Below are positions 1 to 9,209 of a stretch of 64,000 bases of DNA, in pieces (within the stretch, counting starts at the first letter, position 1; every line of letters starts with the position of its first letter). This DNA comes from a bacterium (GTDB lineage: Bacteria; Patescibacteriota; Microgenomatia; Levybacterales; UBA12049). Below the pieces are notes generated by a model. That model was not told the DNA's origin. It saw only the letters and a program-made list of their open reading frames with translations, and searched no databases. The stretch is taken from assembly GCA_021777565.1 (NCBI GenBank), contig JAJYDJ010000004.1:34077-98076 (forward strand), given 5' to 3'. The translations under genes and the position numbers were made by a program.

Positions 1-7
1 TTGGAGA

Positions 8-1537
8 CTAAATTTCAATTGGCTCTGGAGTGTGTTCACCTGGAGCGAAATCTCGTTTGGACTCTTTAACTAAGAGTGCTGCCAGTGCTCCAATGATCAT
101 AAATAGAACAGCACTTTTAAACACAGCGCTATAGGAGAGTACATTTGCCTTGAGAATCATTAATTGCACAATGGTGCTAAGCTCAGTCGGATTACTTGTA
201 TTCACCGTTGAGTGATTTTGTATCTGTATCAAATTAGAAGTGACACTGTTAGATAAAATAGTTGCAAAGATAGCAGTACCAAACGCTCCTGCGATGTTAC
301 GAGCAAGGGCAAGTACCGATGATGCCACACCGACCTCATGGACTGGTACGGTCCCGGTAGCTGCTTGTGTGAGTGGCCCAAGTCCAAGTCCCAGTCCTAC
401 TGCCATGAGAAAAAGTCTCCAAATAACATCCCAGGCAGTCCATTTGATATCGATGCCAGCAAATAAGTACATCGCAAATGCGGCAAATAACATACTACTC
501 GAAACTAAAATACGCGGGGGAATTTTATTGGCAAGTCTGGCGCCAATTTGCGCTGACATACCGATACCAAGTGCCATCGGGATAAATAGATATCCCGTCT
601 TTGTCACGTTATATCCAAGATACGTCTGCACAAAAAGTGGGATAAGAAAAATACCACCAATCATTCCCATGAATGATAAAAATGATGTGATAAGTGATGC
701 CGTGAAGACAGGATTTTTGAAAAATTTCAAATCGACAACTGGTTCTTGTTGGTGTTTTTCAACCAGTATAAATGCCAACAAACTGATAGCAGTAATGGCA
801 TAACTTATGATACTTTGCATGCTGTCCCATCCCCATGACTGCCCTTGATCAAGTACCAGAACAAGCGTTCCAAGACTGATACCCAACAGCAGTGATCCCC
901 AGATATCAAAATTTTTCAGACCCTTAATCTCTTTCACTGGCTCAGTGATATATTTCATGGCCATAAAAGTCCCGAGTGCGCCAAGAGGAAGATTGATATA
1001 AAAGACAGAACGCCAGGAGAAATTATCGATAAGTGGTCCACCAAGAAGTGGGCCAAACACTGCTGCCATGGCAAACACCGCAGACCACATACCCATCGCT
1101 TGTGCACGGCGTTGTTTATCCTCAAAGGTATGGGCAATGATAGAAAGTGCGATCGGGTAATCAATGGAGACGGTTATTGCCTGCAACACACGGAAAAACA
1201 CCATGGAGGGGAGGTTAAATGAAAGTCCTGCCAGCATTGAGGTGAGCGTAAAGCCGACAATGCCAAAAATATAGAGTGATTTACGGCCAATCAAATCACC
1301 GAGTTTTCCAAACACCGGGACAAAAATAGCATTAGCAATGATGTATGCGGTTGAGATCCAACTGGCCTGGCTCACCGTAATGCCGAATTCTTCAATGATT
1401 TTAGGGAGTGCAAGACCCACAATAGTACCGTCAAGGCGACCTAAAAATGAGGCGATCATAAGGGTCACCAAAATCATCCATTCATGACTTTGAAAACCTT
1501 TTGAAGGAGCAGGCACTGGTGTATTCTTTTTTGGCAT
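8..1537 (-). CDS. MFS drug:H+ antiporter, DHA2 (EmrB/QacA) family, ~14 TMS
   Basis: 509 aa. N-terminal MFS signature region GRLDGTIVGLALP...GKLGDLIGRK and many hydrophobic helices. Last gene of the MarR / HlyD-like / HlyD-like / MFS operon on the minus strand. Confidence 0.85.
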   Translation of the reverse strand: MPKKNTPVPAPSKGFQSHEWMILVTLMIASFLGRLDGTIVGLALPKIIEEFGITVSQASWISTAYIIANAIFVPVFGKLGDLIGRKSLYIFGIVGFTLTSMLAGLSFNLPSMVFFRVLQAITVSIDYPIALSIIAHTFEDKQRRAQAMGMWSAVFAMAAVFGPLLGGPLIDNFSWRSVFYINLPLGALGTFMAMKYITEPVKEIKGLKNFDIWGSLLLGISLGTLVLVLDQGQSWGWDSMQSIISYAITAISLLAFILVEKHQQEPVVDLKFFKNPVFTASLITSFLSFMGMIGGIFLIPLFVQTYLGYNVTKTGYLFIPMALGIGMSAQIGARLANKIPPRILVSSSMLFAAFAMYLFAGIDIKWTAWDVIWRLFLMAVGLGLGLGPLTQAATGTVPVHEVGVASSVLALARNIAGAFGTAIFATILSNSVTSNLIQIQNHSTVNTSNPTELSTIVQLMILKANVLSYSAVFKSAVLFMIIGALAALLVKESKRDFAPGEHTPEPIEI

Positions 1538-1542
1538 GGCAG

Positions 1543-2184
1543 TTACTGAACCGTTTGGGTATATACGGTCATCTTTGCAGACATGCCCTGCTTGATCTGT
1601 GGATAGGCAGATTCATTGTAACGAGCATAAATGACAAACTGTTGAGTTGGTCTCTCACTTGAGATAGAGAACGTAAGTTGAGTTTGTTTGGCAGCAGGAC
1701 TCACTTCATCAACATAGCCCCAGAATGTTTGTCCAGGGAGTGCATCGATAGTAAATGAAACAACTTGCCCTGGCTTAATATCCTGTAACCCTTTATTCTC
1801 ATCCAGTGTCCCAGCGATACGCATATCATGTGTTCTCACAATCTGTGCAACAGGAGTTTGGGTACTGATCTGACTACCCAGCTGATTGTTTACCATACTG
1901 ATAGTGCCAGTCGTATCTGCATAGACCATTTGTCCTCCAACAAGTGCAATTGGATCACCACGCTGCACGGATTCTCCTTCATAGACCAGGACATCCGTGA
2001 GTTTTCCATTGTTTGCAGGAGTCACACTGGTTACTGGTGCTTGCACCAGTGAATCATCAATAAAAACTCTGCCAGTACGCATCTGGTAGAAGAAATATCC
2101 TGCTAACACGATCAGTGTTGTGACAACAGGGATCATGAGATTGAGCACTTTTGGTTGTTTTATTTTTTGTATAAGTGATTTCAT
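1543..2184 (-). CDS. HlyD-family membrane fusion protein (EmrA-like), short form
   Basis: 213 aa. N-terminal TM anchor followed by a beta-rich segment (VYEGESVQRGDPIALV, a biotinyl/lipoyl-like hairpin typical of MFPs). Sits directly upstream of the MFS gene. Confidence 0.55.
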   Translation of the reverse strand: MKSLIQKIKQPKVLNLMIPVVTTLIVLAGYFFYQMRTGRVFIDDSLVQAPVTSVTPANNGKLTDVLVYEGESVQRGDPIALVGGQMVYADTTGTISMVNNQLGSQISTQTPVAQIVRTHDMRIAGTLDENKGLQDIKPGQVVSFTIDALPGQTFWGYVDEVSPAAKQTQLTFSISSERPTQQFVIYARYNESAYPQIKQGMSAKMTVYTQTVQ

Positions 2185-3272
2185 AAGATACTATAATGAC
2201 CAGCTGCAACTGATCCAGGATTTACAATAATTTGATCCCCTGGCTGAAGACCTGAAAGTACTTCAGTACTGGTGTTATAGGTATTGCCAAGAGTAACAGT
2301 GCGCAGTACTGGTTGGTTATGTGAGAGTACCCAGAGAGACTGATGATTAAGAATCGTCCATGTCGGAACCAAAACCGCGTGTGTATTGACACTACTGGTG
2401 ATTGTTGCGGTACCATTTTTGCCGAGATTAAGTGCACCCGTGACATCATCAAGCGTAATATCAACTTGATACACATCTTGACCTGAGGCAAGCGTTACTT
2501 TCTGTGGGTAGATGTGGGAAATAATCCCACTGTGTGTTGCACTATCACCAGCAATTCGCACAATAGCTTGTGCACCTAGGTCAATTTTGTCGCTATCAGT
2601 TGCGAGAACATTTGCTCGAAACACGAGCTGTGTTGGGTCGGCAACTGAAAAGCTTGTTGCAGTAGTGATATTTTGCCCTACTGTGGTTACATCGGCATGC
2701 GTCAAGATACCTGAAATCGGCGAGGTCAGTGATGCCAGTTGCAGCGCATAATTTGATAGATCAACATTGGCGACCGTTGTGTCCAGAAGTGCCTGGTTTT
2801 CATCAGTAATGCGCTTAATAATGTCATACATTTGTGGATCAATAGTACTGCCACTTACGCCTTGCTGTGTCAAAAGTGTTTTCTGTTGTGTCTGAGCGAT
2901 ATTGGTCTGGGTATTTGATTGGAGCTGATCAAAACTATCACGAGTGGATCGATAACTATCTAGGGCTATGGTGAGTTGTCTTTGGAGTGCATAGGTATCA
3001 AGTTGTGCGATAGTCTGGCCCTGATAGACACTATCTCCTTCTTGTAGATTCATGACAGCAAGTCTTCCACCAGTCTGGAAATGAAGCGTAACTTCTTGTG
3101 TTGAATGGATAGTACCATCGGCAGTAATGGTATTTGAGACACTCCCAGATGTTATTGGCAGCGTTTGGTAGTGTGTCACTTGTTTGGTATGCCAGGCAAA
3201 AAATCCTGCAACACCGGCAGTGATAAGAACTGCACACATAAGACTAATAATGATTCGTTGTTTATTTTTCAT
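2181..3272 (-). CDS. efflux periplasmic adaptor (HlyD/RND-MFP family)
   Basis: 363 aa. N-terminal TM anchor, a Q/L-rich coiled-coil segment, lipoyl-like motif LQEGDSVYQGQTIAQLD. Its 4-bp overlap with the downstream MFP gene suggests translational coupling. Confidence 0.6.
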   Translation of the reverse strand: MKNKQRIIISLMCAVLITAGVAGFFAWHTKQVTHYQTLPITSGSVSNTITADGTIHSTQEVTLHFQTGGRLAVMNLQEGDSVYQGQTIAQLDTYALQRQLTIALDSYRSTRDSFDQLQSNTQTNIAQTQQKTLLTQQGVSGSTIDPQMYDIIKRITDENQALLDTTVANVDLSNYALQLASLTSPISGILTHADVTTVGQNITTATSFSVADPTQLVFRANVLATDSDKIDLGAQAIVRIAGDSATHSGIISHIYPQKVTLASGQDVYQVDITLDDVTGALNLGKNGTATITSSVNTHAVLVPTWTILNHQSLWVLSHNQPVLRTVTLGNTYNTSTEVLSGLQPGDQIIVNPGSVAAGHYSIL

Positions 3273-3708
3273 AGGACTGATTCATCACCGTAATAAGTTT
3301 TTGCAAAATGCCAGAGACTGCTTTTTTTTCATCGTCTGAAAGATGTGAGAGGATGGATGCATAGTGACGGATACGCTCGTTCATGGCATCTTTGAGCAAC
3401 GATTCACCCTTTGTGGTTAGTGAAATGCGAACCATACGGCGATCATGTGCATCACTTTCACGCGTAACCAAATCTTGTTTGATAAGCCTATTTACTTGAC
3501 TGGTGACTGAGGGAAGTTCAATATGAAACTCTTTGGCAAGAGATGTCATAGGAGAGTGGGGATTGTGCTTAAGAAAAACGAGGGTTCGGATTTGGGCAAC
3601 CGTAAGTTCCCCAAAGGTGCTATGAACAGCCATACCTTCTTTCACGCAATGTGAAAATGCGACCATGAGCTCGACCAACGATTCAGTAGTGACTGATTTA
3701 GTTACCAT
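3262..3708 (-). CDS. MarR-family transcriptional regulator
   Basis: 148 aa. Winged-HTH region TVAQIRTLVFL...LAKEFHIELPSVTSQVNRLIKQDLVTRESDAHDRRMVRISLTTKG is a classic MarR pattern. First gene of the efflux operon. Confidence 0.8.
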   Translation of the reverse strand: MVTKSVTTESLVELMVAFSHCVKEGMAVHSTFGELTVAQIRTLVFLKHNPHSPMTSLAKEFHIELPSVTSQVNRLIKQDLVTRESDAHDRRMVRISLTTKGESLLKDAMNERIRHYASILSHLSDDEKKAVSGILQKLITVMNQSYEK

Positions 3709-3768
3709 AGCTAATACTTAGGGATTCTAACAAATTAGTGTGGGTTTGTCAACTGTTAAGAGGATTGC

Positions 3769-5286
3769 TTAGACAAAGCCAGGGAAGAAGTCTTTTTTAA
3801 TGTGGCTACTTGGGACATGCAGCATGTGCAAGAGCTCTTCATAGTAGGTGACCATACCATGAGGCCCTGAAAGGTAATACCACCTATCCAGATAGTCTGG
3901 GACATATTTCTTGATCATTTCACCACTGATACGCCCCTTTTCTCCCTTCCATGAGGTAGGAATGCTTGCTTCATCAGTCAGTGTGTATACCGTGCGTAGT
4001 CCATAGGCCTTTTGTGCCTCATCAAAAACATCAGTATAGGCAATCTCTTCTTCTGTTTTATTGGCATAGAAAAGCACAATATCACGTTTCTGATTGGCAT
4101 CAGTAAGATACTTGATCATAGCTCGATATGGGGTAATGCCAATACCACCTGCCAAAAAGACAAGTTTTTTCTTTGGATCATCTGGAAGCACAAAATCTCC
4201 ACCCAATGATCCAACGAGTACTGGTGTGGTGGCGGTGATGGACTTCAGGGCTTTTTTGAAACTACTTCCATCAGGATAAAATCTTACTCCTAGATGCATC
4301 TGCGATTCGGTAGGAGAAGATGCTATGGTAAAGTAGCGTCTGTTCCCTCGACTATCAGTATGATCATGGGGGATAGTCCACTCTAAATATTGCCCTGGGG
4401 TAAACGATATTTTTTGAGGCAATGAGAATATGTAATCTACCGTGTCTTCTCCATAGGCAATGCTTTTTTGCATGAATAACTTCAATCGAATTTTAGGACT
4501 GACCACAAATGCAAAGATGTTACCAATGCACAAGGCAATTTCAGGGGTCATGACCAGTGGACCAAGCGCAATATTTGGTGAAAACAGAAGGCCAACGATT
4601 GCCCCGTAGATAGCTTGTAGTCTTTTCGTTGGTGGCGTAGTCAATGGTTCAGTAAGCATGACAAACCCCAGGAAAAGCAGAGAAGAATGTAAGGTGAGTG
4701 CGGTGAGTGTGGTGAGAATGGATGACTGGTGCATGAGAGAGAAAAAGAAGGTGACTGCCAGTGCACTCAATAAAAACGTAAATACCAGATCTTCACGCTG
4801 AATTTTTCTTACCAGCAGTAGTCCTCCTACCAACACAAATGGCATGAGATAGGTTGTCCCAACCCACCAACTTGCTGATTGTCCAAAAAAGAGTGACGTG
4901 ACAACGACCGCAATGGCAGCAGGGTTAAAGATATGTTTATTCTTATACGTGAGTAGGAATTTACTGGCGATGGCAAGTCCAGTAGCTGCGACCAGGAATG
5001 GATAGCCAACATAGTGTTCACTTGGTGTGATGATAAGTGTCAAAATGAGTGTAGTGATAAGAAACGATTCTGTGTTGGTTGGAACAGCAAGAAAGTAACC
5101 AATTGCCCGGTTTGTAATATATCCGGTGGCAACAATAAGTGCGGTTGAGACAATAAGTGCCATGGGGGAGAATCCAACAAGCTGAAAAAATGAGAGAAAT
5201 AGGGCCACACAGAGAAGCATGATCAAATAATAGACGGTGAGTCGATACATGGTGATCTGATTGAGAAGATTATCTATAAATTTCAT
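3769..5286 (-). CDS. membrane oxidoreductase: polytopic N-terminal domain (RnfD/NqrB-like, HIFNPAA motif) fused to an FAD/NAD(P)-binding ferredoxin-reductase-type domain
   Basis: 505 aa. About 8 predicted TM helices in the first 260 aa. The C-terminal part has RRYFTIASSP (an RxY[ST] FAD motif) and LAGGIGITPYRAM (a GGxGxxP NAD(P) motif). Confidence 0.55.
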   Translation of the reverse strand: MKFIDNLLNQITMYRLTVYYLIMLLCVALFLSFFQLVGFSPMALIVSTALIVATGYITNRAIGYFLAVPTNTESFLITTLILTLIITPSEHYVGYPFLVAATGLAIASKFLLTYKNKHIFNPAAIAVVVTSLFFGQSASWWVGTTYLMPFVLVGGLLLVRKIQREDLVFTFLLSALAVTFFFSLMHQSSILTTLTALTLHSSLLFLGFVMLTEPLTTPPTKRLQAIYGAIVGLLFSPNIALGPLVMTPEIALCIGNIFAFVVSPKIRLKLFMQKSIAYGEDTVDYIFSLPQKISFTPGQYLEWTIPHDHTDSRGNRRYFTIASSPTESQMHLGVRFYPDGSSFKKALKSITATTPVLVGSLGGDFVLPDDPKKKLVFLAGGIGITPYRAMIKYLTDANQKRDIVLFYANKTEEEIAYTDVFDEAQKAYGLRTVYTLTDEASIPTSWKGEKGRISGEMIKKYVPDYLDRWYYLSGPHGMVTYYEELLHMLHVPSSHIKKDFFPGFV

Positions 5287-6038
5287 ACTGTTTCCTCCAA
5301 AACATATTTCTTAAATCCATCGGAATAGGTTGCTACCCCATCACTATCTATCATATACCCTTCAAGCCCTTCTTTGTCCTGAATAAATTCTATTCCTTTT
5401 CTCCCCATAGCAAACGCTGGTGTGGCAAACCGGTCCGCCTCAAAAACATTTTGCGCCAAGACCGTAAGACTGACGATTTCTGTAATCGTGTCGTCTGGGT
5501 GATAGGGGTTATAGATATGTTGCCCCCTGATATAGGTGCCTGATGTGGCAATTCCCATATCGGTCAGAAGAAGTACCTTAATAATCTCATCTTGTTTAAA
5601 CGGATTTTTGATGCCAATATGCCAGTCCTCATTTTTCTCATTATGTCCAGAAAGAGCTATATCTCCTCCTGCATCGACGCTGTGATTTGGTAGTCCCATC
5701 TCTTTTAGTTTGTCACTGGCGCGTTGTATCGCCCATCCTTTGACTACCCCTGATGGGTCAAAGACGTTATTGTGCCAAGGGTTAAAAAATCCAAATGTTT
5801 CTTCCTGTGTTTTTCTGCACCAGTGAATAACTTCTTGCATCTCAGGTGAGTAGGATGACGGGACGATATCGTGACGATTTATCTTACTTACTTCACTCGT
5901 CTCTTTATACGGACTAAATTGTTCATCTATGTGCTGAAAGTAATCAAAGATTGTTGTTAAATCGTCCGTTGTTGCATGGACATCAGAAAGAGTGATCGTG
6001 ATGGGCATCCCCATGATAAGTTGTGTATCTTGCACCAT
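5283..6038 (-). CDS. apbE: FAD:protein FMN transferase (ApbE family)
   Basis: ApbE-like sequence (MGMPITITLSD..., GFFNPWHNNVFDPSGVVKGWA, AGGDIALSGH). The ORF-track start at 6149 overlaps the upstream gene, so I moved the start to the internal Met at 6038. Confidence 0.7.
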   Translation of the reverse strand: MVQDTQLIMGMPITITLSDVHATTDDLTTIFDYFQHIDEQFSPYKETSEVSKINRHDIVPSSYSPEMQEVIHWCRKTQEETFGFFNPWHNNVFDPSGVVKGWAIQRASDKLKEMGLPNHSVDAGGDIALSGHNEKNEDWHIGIKNPFKQDEIIKVLLLTDMGIATSGTYIRGQHIYNPYHPDDTITEIVSLTVLAQNVFEADRFATPAFAMGRKGIEFIQDKEGLEGYMIDSDGVATYSDGFKKYVLEETV

Positions 6039-6045
6039 GTAGAAA

Positions 6046-6510
6046 TTATGATTTTGCCTGTTGGAGTGCTTGCTGGAGTGACTGCTGGAATGCACCTGTT
6101 GTATTCGTTGCACCAGAAATGCTGTCAACAGCGGCACTCTGTTTGGCAATGACTTCCTGAGTAAGTACCGGCATAACCTGACTACTTACTTCATCAGTAT
6201 GTCCACCACCAGTTGGATATTGGAGCCATTTCACATCCGTGATCTTGCCACCACTGATGACAACCTGTACTTGGACATTGCCATAAAAGGCATCGGTTAC
6301 CGGACCTGTGTAGGTGCCATCTTTATATCCTGATGCTGATCCAGTAGTTGGCGTAACGGTGGATGATGGCTGTCCTTGACCACCAGATGTACTCGTTGGG
6401 ATAGCGGTTGGAAGGACAAGTGGTCCATTCTCTTCCTGTTGATGTTTTTGGAAGATGGCATACACTCCGATGAGTCCAATGACGCCGATTGCTAACAGAA
6501 ATTTTTTCAT
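6046..6510 (-). CDS. secreted or membrane-anchored FMN-binding domain protein (flavinylation target)
   Basis: 154 aa. N-terminal hydrophobic anchor. FMN_bind-like region with DSISGAT, which matches the Dxx(s/t)gA(T/S) flavinylation motif used by ApbE. Confidence 0.65.
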   Translation of the reverse strand: MKKFLLAIGVIGLIGVYAIFQKHQQEENGPLVLPTAIPTSTSGGQGQPSSTVTPTTGSASGYKDGTYTGPVTDAFYGNVQVQVVISGGKITDVKWLQYPTGGGHTDEVSSQVMPVLTQEVIAKQSAAVDSISGATNTTGAFQQSLQQALQQAKS

Positions 6511-6634
6511 ATTGTGATATAGATAACTATATTGGTCTAGGCTTAACTTCTACTGAAAAAAAGTAGGTTATTTCTAGTAAAAATATGTGTACGTACTGAG
6601 TATGTCATGAGTAATCTGTCAGATCAAGTGTCTC

Positions 6635-9157
6635 TTACAGACTGTATTTTTTCAGGAAGAGTTTTTTCATAATTTCCACCAAGACTAGGTAGGTACCGAC
6701 CAACAAAATTAAGATCATGAAGTAGAATGGTGGTGGCGTGACAAATCCAAGACTTTCTTTCAGTGGTGAGAATGGAATCATGAGTGACAATCCAACGATG
6801 CCAAGACACGTCCCTGCAAGCCATTTCCCAGGGCGGCTTAAGAAGAATGGCGTACGAGACGTACGAATGACAAAAACAACTAAAATTTCAGTCGCCATGG
6901 ATTCAATAAACCATCCTGTTTGGAAAAGGGCAGGATGTGCCTTAAAGATAAATAACATGACACCAAAGGTTAGGAAGTCATAGAGTGAACTGATAGGGCC
7001 AAAGAAAATCATATAGTTCCTGATAAATCCAATATTCCAATGTCTAGGCCTCTGCATGGACTCAGGGTCGACATTGTCCGTTGGGATGGTGAGTTGTGAC
7101 AGATCGTAGAGTCCGTTGGTGAGTAAAATTTGTACTGGCGTCATTGGTAAAAATGGTAAGAAAAAGGAGGCGCCAGCAGCGGAGAACATATTGCCAAAGT
7201 TTGAGCTTGTCCCCATGAGAATATATTTAATAGTGTTACTGAAGGTGCGTCGTCCCTCCATAATGCCTTCAGCGATGACATCAAGACTTTTGTGCAGAAG
7301 AACCACGGTGGCAGCGTCTTTGGCGACATCTACTGCGGTATTGACAGAAATTCCTACATCTGCAGCCCTGAGGGAAGGAATATCATTAATACCATCTCCC
7401 AGATATCCGACATCATGTCCTTCTTTTTGTAGTGTCTGGACGATCTTAAGCTTCATCTCTGGAGTAACACGGGCAAAGACGTTGTGTGCTAAGACTATTT
7501 TTTTAAACTCTTCATCACTGAGTTTTTCAAGCTCTGTACTGACTGATAATCCGGTAATTTTCATACCGACTTCGCTACACACTTTCTGAGTAACTATCTC
7601 GTTATCTCCGGTGATAATTTTGACATCAACACCAAGGGTATGGAGTTTGGCAATAGCCTCTTTTGCAGTAAGCTTTGGCACGTCCAAAAAGGTCAGGTAC
7701 CCTAAGAAATCCAATCCCTTTGCATCATCCCAATCATAGGTTTTTTTCTTGGCTACTTTTTTACAGGCAAGGACGATCACGCGAAGTCCATCAGCATTGA
7801 GTGCATGAAACTTTTTCTGCAGTGCCGCCTTATTGATACGATGATCGCAGAGTGGAAGGATAGAATCAGGAGCACCTTTGACGATCAGATCCGGTTTGTC
7901 TGTGTTAAGCACACAAAACATCATGCGTTTATCAAAATCAAATGGTTCATCATGTAACTTCTCAACGGGGTGTTCCAGATGAATGTTATGTTTCATGCTA
8001 TAGCGCCAGATTGCAGCATCCACGACATCACCAATAATATGTCGGTGCACGATCGCATCATTGCACTGCATGGCCGCACGCAAAACAATATCATTTGTTT
8101 TGCCCTTGATATCAAAATAATCAACCACATCAAGATGTCCCTCGGTGAGTGTTCCGGTCTTGTCGGTACAAAGAATATCCATATTGCCAAGATTTTCAAT
8201 AGCGATAAGTTGTTTGGCAACGACTTTTTTCTTGGCAAGTTTACCCGCGCCATGAGAGAGACTGACCGTTACAATAACAGGAAGAAGTTCTGGGGTAAGT
8301 CCTACCGCGATAGCAAGTGAGAAAAGAAGTGAGTCAAGAAGTGGGTGACCAAGGATTGCATTTACAACAAATATAACTATGGTAAGAATAAAAATAACTT
8401 TTACCAAAAGCTGGCCAAACCCTGTTAATCCTTTTTCAAAATCGGTTTGTGGTTTTACATACAGTGTGCTTTTGGCAATCTTACCAAATTCAGTGTCTTT
8501 GCCAATACGTACAACTACTCCCTTACCAAATCCATTTTCTACAATAGTTCCCATGAAGGCCATGGTCTGCGTTGGGGCTTTCTCGGAATACTCCAATGCT
8601 TTCATGACAGCCTCAGACTCACCAGTGAGTGCTGATTCATTGATAAGAAGGTGAGCGCTATCAACGAGTCTCAGATCTGCAGGGATGATAGTTCCTTGTT
8701 GCACGAGGACGATATCACCAATAGTAAGTTCGCTGACGGGGATTTCGACTCTCTCATCATTTCGAAGTACGAGTGCAGTAAGTGAAATTTTCTTAAGAAG
8801 TTTATCAATAGCCCTTTCTGCCCCAAACTCGTTCCAAAATCCTAATCCTACACTAAGTAAAATCATGGCAAAGATGTAGTAGGCACTGACGTGTTGACCC
8901 AAAAAGTAAGAAATGAGGGTTGCAAGAGACAGAATAAGAATAAGAGGGTTACCAGTAATTTGCCTCAGAAAGATCGTCACAAGTGTTGTGTGTCTTTTTT
9001 GAATAGTATTTGGCCCGTACTGAGTTTGTCTGACATGTACCTCTTCTGGAGTCAGTCCAGTGAGGCGTGAGCTGACCTTTGCGAGTACGTCTTCATACGT
9101 GTCTGATGCGAACACGTCTTGAGATAAGGCTTTGGATGCCATAGATGCTTTTAGCAT
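6635..9157 (-). CDS. cation-transporting P-type ATPase (MgtA / Ca2+-ATPase-like)
   Basis: 840 aa. Motifs DKTGTLT (phosphorylation site), TGES, TGDN and GDGINDIPSLRAADVGISV. About 10 TM segments. Confidence 0.9.
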   Translation of the reverse strand: MLKASMASKALSQDVFASDTYEDVLAKVSSRLTGLTPEEVHVRQTQYGPNTIQKRHTTLVTIFLRQITGNPLILILSLATLISYFLGQHVSAYYIFAMILLSVGLGFWNEFGAERAIDKLLKKISLTALVLRNDERVEIPVSELTIGDIVLVQQGTIIPADLRLVDSAHLLINESALTGESEAVMKALEYSEKAPTQTMAFMGTIVENGFGKGVVVRIGKDTEFGKIAKSTLYVKPQTDFEKGLTGFGQLLVKVIFILTIVIFVVNAILGHPLLDSLLFSLAIAVGLTPELLPVIVTVSLSHGAGKLAKKKVVAKQLIAIENLGNMDILCTDKTGTLTEGHLDVVDYFDIKGKTNDIVLRAAMQCNDAIVHRHIIGDVVDAAIWRYSMKHNIHLEHPVEKLHDEPFDFDKRMMFCVLNTDKPDLIVKGAPDSILPLCDHRINKAALQKKFHALNADGLRVIVLACKKVAKKKTYDWDDAKGLDFLGYLTFLDVPKLTAKEAIAKLHTLGVDVKIITGDNEIVTQKVCSEVGMKITGLSVSTELEKLSDEEFKKIVLAHNVFARVTPEMKLKIVQTLQKEGHDVGYLGDGINDIPSLRAADVGISVNTAVDVAKDAATVVLLHKSLDVIAEGIMEGRRTFSNTIKYILMGTSSNFGNMFSAAGASFFLPFLPMTPVQILLTNGLYDLSQLTIPTDNVDPESMQRPRHWNIGFIRNYMIFFGPISSLYDFLTFGVMLFIFKAHPALFQTGWFIESMATEILVVFVIRTSRTPFFLSRPGKWLAGTCLGIVGLSLMIPFSPLKESLGFVTPPPFYFMILILLVGTYLVLVEIMKKLFLKKYSL

Positions 9158-9209
9158 ACCCCGCGGGCACGTTCTTTTGCAATGACAATAAATACGCTAC
9201 AATAGCTCT

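Noticed and set aside
240-803. 187-aa + strand ORF inside the MFS transporter gene
   Set aside because: It is fully antisense to a well-supported 509-aa MFS gene and has a low-complexity Ala/Pro/Ser composition, so it is a shadow ORF.
6039-6149. ApbE ORF N-terminal extension overlapping the FMN-binding gene
   Set aside because: The His/Ser-rich extension overlaps the upstream gene by ~100 nt. The internal Met at 6038 gives the canonical ApbE start with an 8-nt spacer.
6511-6634. Weak hairpin CTACT-GAAAAAAA-AGTAG between the ATPase and FMN-binding genes
   Set aside because: The stem is 5 bp and the A-run is in the loop rather than trailing. It is not convincing as a terminator for either minus-strand gene.
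7116-7589. 157-aa + strand ORF inside the P-type ATPase gene
   Set aside because: It is antisense to conserved ATPase motifs, so it is a shadow ORF.
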